From contig DCHI01000044.1 in the NCBI GenBank assembly GCA_002314795.1, forward strand, positions 1 through 53,456: a DNA stretch of 53,456 nt, read 5' to 3'. Source of the DNA: Bacteroidales bacterium UBA1756 (GTDB taxonomy: Bacteria; Bacteroidota; Bacteroidia; Bacteroidales; WCHB1-69). The position numbers were made by a program, and so were the translations under genes. Below the pieces are notes generated by a model, which did no database searches, was not told the DNA's origin, and worked only from the letters and a program-made list of their open reading frames with translations. Shown here one piece after another: positions 48,775-53,456 of this stretch (positions within the stretch are counted from its first letter, which is position 1; every line of letters begins with the position of its first letter).

Positions 48775-51312
48775 ATGAATACCTATTCCGAAGAATTCAA
48801 CCTCGTATTGGAAAGTGCAAAACAGATTGCCATCCAATATGGCCAGCCACAAATTCTTATTGAACACATCTTTGATGCGATTCTCCGCTATCAGGATGAC
48901 AGTTACACCAAACAGTTGCTTCTCGGCTTTTCAGTTGATCTGACCAAAATGCAGTTCGACTTGGAGACGATGTTTGCGGATGATGATAGCGAATACACAG
49001 ATTTAAAGGAGGTTCCGTATTCGGCCGCTGCACAGAATCTGCTTCGTCTCTCATCACTATTTGCCAAAACGCTCCTCAATCCGCTCACCGAACCGCAACA
49101 TTTTGTTCTTGCTATTCTTAAAGACAACCCCAGCACCAAAGATAATGTGGTAAGAAAAATGCTGAACCGAATGGGAATTACACACGATGCTTTTTTAAGA
49201 AAATTGAAAGGGAATAATTTAACCTCCGGGACACGCTCTAACTATTCTGCCTACGATGATGATGATGACAGCGACGAATATGTAGATTCTCCCCGCGCCC
49301 GCACCAACCCTGGGCCAAAAGGATCAAGAAAGAGTGATACGCCCATCTTAGACAGTTTTGGAAAAGACCTCACCCGTTATGCGGAAGAGGGGAAATTGGA
49401 CGCCATCGTGGGCCGTGAAAAAGAGCTGGAACGAATCGCTCAGATCCTTTCCCGACGCAAAAAAAACAACCCCGTTCTCATTGGCGAACCCGGAGTCGGC
49501 AAGTCCGCCCTCGCCGAAGGTCTCGCCATCCGCATCAAGGAGGGAAAAGTGTCACGCACCCTTCTCAACAAACGCATCATTGCTCTCGATATGACGTCTG
49601 TCGTGGCCGGAACAAAGTTCCGTGGCCAGTTTGAAGAGCGTATGCAAAACATTATCAACGAGTTGGCAAAAAATCCCGACGTCATTTTGTTTATTGATGA
49701 ATTGCACACGATGGTCGGTGCCGGCTCCTCCCCCGGAAGTTTGGACGCCTCCAATATGTTCAAACCCGCCTTGGCACGCGGCGAACTGCAGTGCATCGGG
49801 GCCACTACTTTGGACGAATATCGTCAGTATGTGGAAAAAGACGGAGCCCTGGAACGCCGTTTCCAAAAAATCATCCTCGAGCCCACGACGCCTGAGGAAA
49901 CCATCGAAATTTTGAACAATATCAAAGACAAGTACGAGGCGCATCACAACGTCCAGTATTCCGACGAAGCCATCAAGGCCTGCGTCGCCTTGTCAACACG
50001 TTATATTACAGATCGTTGTCTTCCCGACAAAGCCATCGATGCTTTGGACGAAGCCGGCTCTCGCGTACATATATTAAATGTACACGTTCCGCCGGAATTT
50101 CTTGAAACAGAAAAAGAGATTGCCGAACTTCAAGCCGGTAAAGAACGCGCCTTGAAAGACCGTCTTTTCAATGCGGCGGCGGACTATCGAGACAAAATCA
50201 AGTTGAAAGAAGCTGAACTTGAAGCCATTAAGAAAGAGTGGGAAAACAATGAAGAAACCGTTCGTCCCGAAGTGACCGAAGAACACGTAGCCGAAGTCAT
50301 CGCGATGATGACCGGCGTGCCGGTGCAACGGGTGGCCAAGAGCGAAGGAGAAAAACTGCTCCGTATGGCCGACGAACTGAAAGGAAGCGTCATCGGGCAG
50401 GACGACGCCATCCTCAAAATCGCCAAAGCCATTCGACGCAATCGGGCCGGTTTGAAAGACCCGAACAAACCCATCGGAACCTTTATCTTTTTAGGGCCGA
50501 CCGGCGTCGGAAAAACCTACCTTGCCAAAGTTTTAGCCACCTATCTATTTGATTCTCCGGACGCTATGGTCCGAATCGATATGAGCGAATATATGGAGAA
50601 ACACACCATCTCCCGTATGATTGGAGCGCCTCCGGGCTATGTCGGTTATGAAGAGGGCGGCCAACTGACGGAAAAAATCCGTAGAAAACCCTACTCCATC
50701 GTTCTTTTAGATGAAATTGAAAAAGCGCACAAGGACGTCTATAACGTTCTTCTTCAAGTATTTGACGATGGCGTTCTCACGGACGGTATGGGCCGCAAGG
50801 TCGATTTCAAAAATACCATCATCATTATGACCTCCAACGTGGGTTCGCGCGAACTCAAGGATTTTGGACAGGATGTCGGTTTCAGCACGACGGCGACGGC
50901 GGCTGGAAAGGACAAGAAAGTCCAGAAAATCTTGGAAACCGCGCTCAAAAACCAGTTCCCCCCCGAATTCCTTAACCGTATCGACGACACGATTTTCTTC
51001 AACAGCATCAACGAAGAGGACGTCAAGAAAATCATCCGTCTTGAATTGAACAAACTGTTGAAGCGTGTGGGAATGATGGGGTTGAACGTCAGCATCACCG
51101 ATGCAGCAACCGACTTCCTTGCACGCGAAGGATGGGATGCCAACTACGGAGCACGACCGCTGAAACGCGCCATTCAAAAACACGTGGAAGACCTCTTGGC
51201 AGAAGAAATTCTTCAAAACGAAGAGGCCCAAGCGGAAAATCTTATTGTTGACTACGATGATGTAGCCGAGGACCTTGTCATCCGCAAGCCCGTTCTTGAG
51301 ATAAGCGAATAG
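48775..51312 (+). CDS. clpC: ATP-dependent Clp protease ATP-binding subunit ClpC
   Basis: Clp-N repeats, GEPGVGKS, IDELH, short UVR-like middle domain, GPTGVGKT, RIDMSEY, GARPL. Confidence 0.95.
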   Translation: MNTYSEEFNLVLESAKQIAIQYGQPQILIEHIFDAILRYQDDSYTKQLLLGFSVDLTKMQFDLETMFADDDSEYTDLKEVPYSAAAQNLLRLSSLFAKTLLNPLTEPQHFVLAILKDNPSTKDNVVRKMLNRMGITHDAFLRKLKGNNLTSGTRSNYSAYDDDDDSDEYVDSPRARTNPGPKGSRKSDTPILDSFGKDLTRYAEEGKLDAIVGREKELERIAQILSRRKKNNPVLIGEPGVGKSALAEGLAIRIKEGKVSRTLLNKRIIALDMTSVVAGTKFRGQFEERMQNIINELAKNPDVILFIDELHTMVGAGSSPGSLDASNMFKPALARGELQCIGATTLDEYRQYVEKDGALERRFQKIILEPTTPEETIEILNNIKDKYEAHHNVQYSDEAIKACVALSTRYITDRCLPDKAIDALDEAGSRVHILNVHVPPEFLETEKEIAELQAGKERALKDRLFNAAADYRDKIKLKEAELEAIKKEWENNEETVRPEVTEEHVAEVIAMMTGVPVQRVAKSEGEKLLRMADELKGSVIGQDDAILKIAKAIRRNRAGLKDPNKPIGTFIFLGPTGVGKTYLAKVLATYLFDSPDAMVRIDMSEYMEKHTISRMIGAPPGYVGYEEGGQLTEKIRRKPYSIVLLDEIEKAHKDVYNVLLQVFDDGVLTDGMGRKVDFKNTIIIMTSNVGSRELKDFGQDVGFSTTATAAGKDKKVQKILETALKNQFPPEFLNRIDDTIFFNSINEEDVKKIIRLELNKLLKRVGMMGLNVSITDAATDFLAREGWDANYGARPLKRAIQKHVEDLLAEEILQNEEAQAENLIVDYDDVAEDLVIRKPVLEISE

Positions 51313-51330
51313 TCTGAAAACCAATATATT

Positions 51331-51738
51331 ATGACATTCAACCGGCTGACGCTATTTCTTGTAGGGTTAGGATTGATGTTGGCGTTGTACGCAGTGCAGC
51401 GCGTAACTACCTATCGGGAAAGCGAGTTCACACACGGTATTTTGCTTTGTACAAATCCGGATGACCTCAAATTGTACGAAGCGGAGATGGAGCTTCATTA
51501 CTACGTAGGAATGAAGGAATATGTGACGCACGAGACGATGCCTACCCAATTGGCTAACCGGCAGGTGGTGGTGCGATATAAAGAGAAGAATCCGGAGAAG
51601 GGAAAAGTATATATTCCCGCGGACTTCTGGTTCCTTTCGATGTTGTGGCTGCTTTTCCCGACAATTGTGTGGGGGGCTTTCGTTTTCACCATTCTTAACG
51701 AAGATGGGAGACTTAAAATCACCTTAAAAAAAAGTTGA
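51331..51738 (+). CDS. Hypothetical two-TM membrane protein (DUF3592-like layout)
   Basis: 135 aa. N- and C-terminal hydrophobic segments around a short soluble part (V.VRY...NP). Confidence 0.6.
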   Translation: MTFNRLTLFLVGLGLMLALYAVQRVTTYRESEFTHGILLCTNPDDLKLYEAEMELHYYVGMKEYVTHETMPTQLANRQVVVRYKEKNPEKGKVYIPADFWFLSMLWLLFPTIVWGAFVFTILNEDGRLKITLKKS

Positions 51739-51765
51739 TTTTTTTAAGTAAAAATAGTATCTTTG
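51735..51765 (+). promoter_or_regulatory. Flotillin gene promoter
   Basis: TTG at 51735-37 and TATCTTTG at 51758-65, with a 20-nt spacer. Confidence 0.6.
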
Positions 51766-51819
51766 CCGCTCAAAAGGGATTAACTCTTTGATATTATTCA
51801 TCATTAAAATCACATTATT

Positions 51820-53364
51820 ATGGAAGAGACCATTTTAGGAATCGTTGTGATTGCGCTAATCGCATTCATTGTTTTCGTTATCGTTTGTTATGTTAAGGCA
51901 CCGCCAAAAGATGCTTACATCATCTCCGGGCTTTCTCGTTTCCCACGTATTCTCATCGGCAAAGGAGGTTTCCGTATTCCGGGGTTGGAGCGCGTTGACA
52001 AGGTATTCCTCGGACAAACGTCCGTCGACATCAAAACCTCAACACCCGTTCCTACCAACGACTTTATTTCCGTTATGGTCGATGCCGTCGCAAAAATCCG
52101 CGTCATCAATACTCCGGACGGCATCCGTTTAGCCGCCAAGAACTTCCTCAATATGACTGAAAGAGATATTGCCCTTCAGGTCAAGGACTCTCTGGAAGGC
52201 AATATGCGTGAGATTATCGGCACATTGGATTTGAAATCGTTGAATATTGACCGAGACGGTTTTTCGGACCAGATTGCCAAAAAAGCGACACCCGATATGG
52301 CGAAATTGGGTATTGAAATTATTTCTTGCAATATTCAAAACATTACTGATAATGAAGGTCTTATAAAAAATTTGGGTGCAGATAACACGTTCAAAATTCG
52401 TAAAGAAGCAGCCATCACCAAGGCACAGGCGGAAAGAGACATCGCCATTGCTGAAGCCGAAGCCGCCAAGGAAGCGAACGACGCCCGCGTACTGAACGAG
52501 ACTATCATTGCTGAAAAGAACAATGAGTTGGCGGTCAAAAAAGCCAACCTGAAAGTGGTGGAAGATACGCAAAAGGCAAAGGCCGATGCCGCTTACGAAA
52601 TTCAGAAACAGGAACAACAGAAAACGGTCAACGAGAAAACGGTTGATGCGGAAGCCACGAAAGCACTTCTGACACAGGAACGTCAAAAGGAAATCAATGC
52701 GGCAGCCGTTGAAGCCGAAACCGAAAAAGCACGCAAGGAACAGGAGTTGACACTGCAACAGGTGAAGATTCAACAGAACAAGTTGGAAGCGGAAATTCAG
52801 AAACGTGCCGACGCTGAGAAGTACAATATGGAAATTGAGGCGGCAGCCGAGTTGGAACAACGCAAGCGCAAAGCCGAGGCCGAGGCGTACGAAGCCGAAC
52901 AACGTGCCCGCGCCGTGAAAGCGCAAGCCGAAGCCGAACAATTCCGTATGGAACAGGAAGCTATCGGTAAGAAAAAGTTGGCTGATGCCGATGCCTACGC
53001 CATTGAGCAGCGTGGTATGGCCGAAGCCGCGGCCATTGAAAAGAAAGGTATTGCCGAAGCCGAAGCGATGAAGAAAAAAGCCGACGCTTTCGCCCTTTAC
53101 GGTGACGCAGCCAAAGCACAGATGGTCATTGAAAAACTTCCCGAAATCGCCCGTTCCGTCGCCGAGCCCATTGGTTCCATCAAGGATGTACGCATTTACG
53201 GAAACAACGGCGGCGGCATTTCGCAAATTTCCGGTCAAGTGCCGACCGTCATCAAGCAGACGATGGACACCGTGGCAGACGCTACCGGCGTGGATATGAC
53301 CAAAATCATCGAACAATCCACCTTGGAAAGTGCCGTCAAACGCACCACCGAAAAAGCCGAATAG
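51820..53364 (+). CDS. Flotillin family SPFH-domain protein
   Basis: N-terminal TM, SPFH domain (LEGNMREIIG), EA-rich coiled coil (AEAEA), LPEIA..VAEP. Confidence 0.92.
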   Translation: MEETILGIVVIALIAFIVFVIVCYVKAPPKDAYIISGLSRFPRILIGKGGFRIPGLERVDKVFLGQTSVDIKTSTPVPTNDFISVMVDAVAKIRVINTPDGIRLAAKNFLNMTERDIALQVKDSLEGNMREIIGTLDLKSLNIDRDGFSDQIAKKATPDMAKLGIEIISCNIQNITDNEGLIKNLGADNTFKIRKEAAITKAQAERDIAIAEAEAAKEANDARVLNETIIAEKNNELAVKKANLKVVEDTQKAKADAAYEIQKQEQQKTVNEKTVDAEATKALLTQERQKEINAAAVEAETEKARKEQELTLQQVKIQQNKLEAEIQKRADAEKYNMEIEAAAELEQRKRKAEAEAYEAEQRARAVKAQAEAEQFRMEQEAIGKKKLADADAYAIEQRGMAEAAAIEKKGIAEAEAMKKKADAFALYGDAAKAQMVIEKLPEIARSVAEPIGSIKDVRIYGNNGGGISQISGQVPTVIKQTMDTVADATGVDMTKIIEQSTLESAVKRTTEKAE

Positions 53365-53381
53365 CGGGTCAAGGTTGCTTC

Positions 53382-53430
53382 TAAAAAAAATAGTTTTGAT
53401 GAAGAGAAATCATCAAAACTATTTTTTTTA
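53382..53430. terminator. Bidirectional intrinsic terminator, perfect 21-bp stem
   Basis: TAAAAAAAATAGTTTTGATGA-AGAGAAA-TCATCAAAACTATTTTTTTTA. Confidence 0.8.
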
Positions 53431-53456
53431 GTTTGTAAAGTTTGTAAAGTTTGTAA
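53431..53456 (+). repeat. 9-bp tandem array (at least 3 units, truncated by the window end)
   Basis: GTTTGTAAA GTTTGTAAA GTTTGTAA. Confidence 0.85.

Noticed and set aside
52129-53316. Long antisense ORFs (395 aa here; also 47054-47950, 32841-33533, 50707-51324, 6214-6819)
   Set aside because: Shadow frames of well-supported genes produced by codon bias, with no protein motifs.

Overview
Bacteroidales-type chromosomal window, inferred from recurrent TAnnTTTG promoter elements and a T9SS-secreted protein. It has three parts. (1) 86-13952 is a defence island. It holds a divergent HNH nuclease, then an operon combining an SspB/C/D-like single-strand DNA phosphorothioation module (DUF4007, P-loop ATPase, PAPS-reductase-like; no cysteine desulfurase) with a four-gene PLD-helicase / small protein / SMC-like ATPase / 200-aa module arranged like archaeal PbeABCD. 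A RelE-family toxin-antitoxin pair sits antisense inside the operon, and an AAA+DUF4143 gene follows, bounded by a promoter-containing direct repeat. (2) 15748-39063 is a 23.3-kb gene for a ~7,770-aa T9SS-secreted protein with GLUG-like repeats, CUB domains, seven ALK/LTK-type glycine-rich domains inserted into Ig-like modules, a ~3.45-kb internal duplication and four copies of a C-terminal domain I do not recognise. It is flanked by 9-bp tandem arrays. (3) Housekeeping genes (mscL, mtgA, speA, ABC-F, iorAB, clpC, flotillin), tRNA-Leu(TAG) and an MmeI-like type IIL restriction-modification gene. CATG is almost absent from the window. The best candidates for undescribed biology are the Ssp+Pbe-like hybrid phosphorothioate defence locus and the branched giant surface protein. 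All family calls come from reading motifs by eye; no searches were run.
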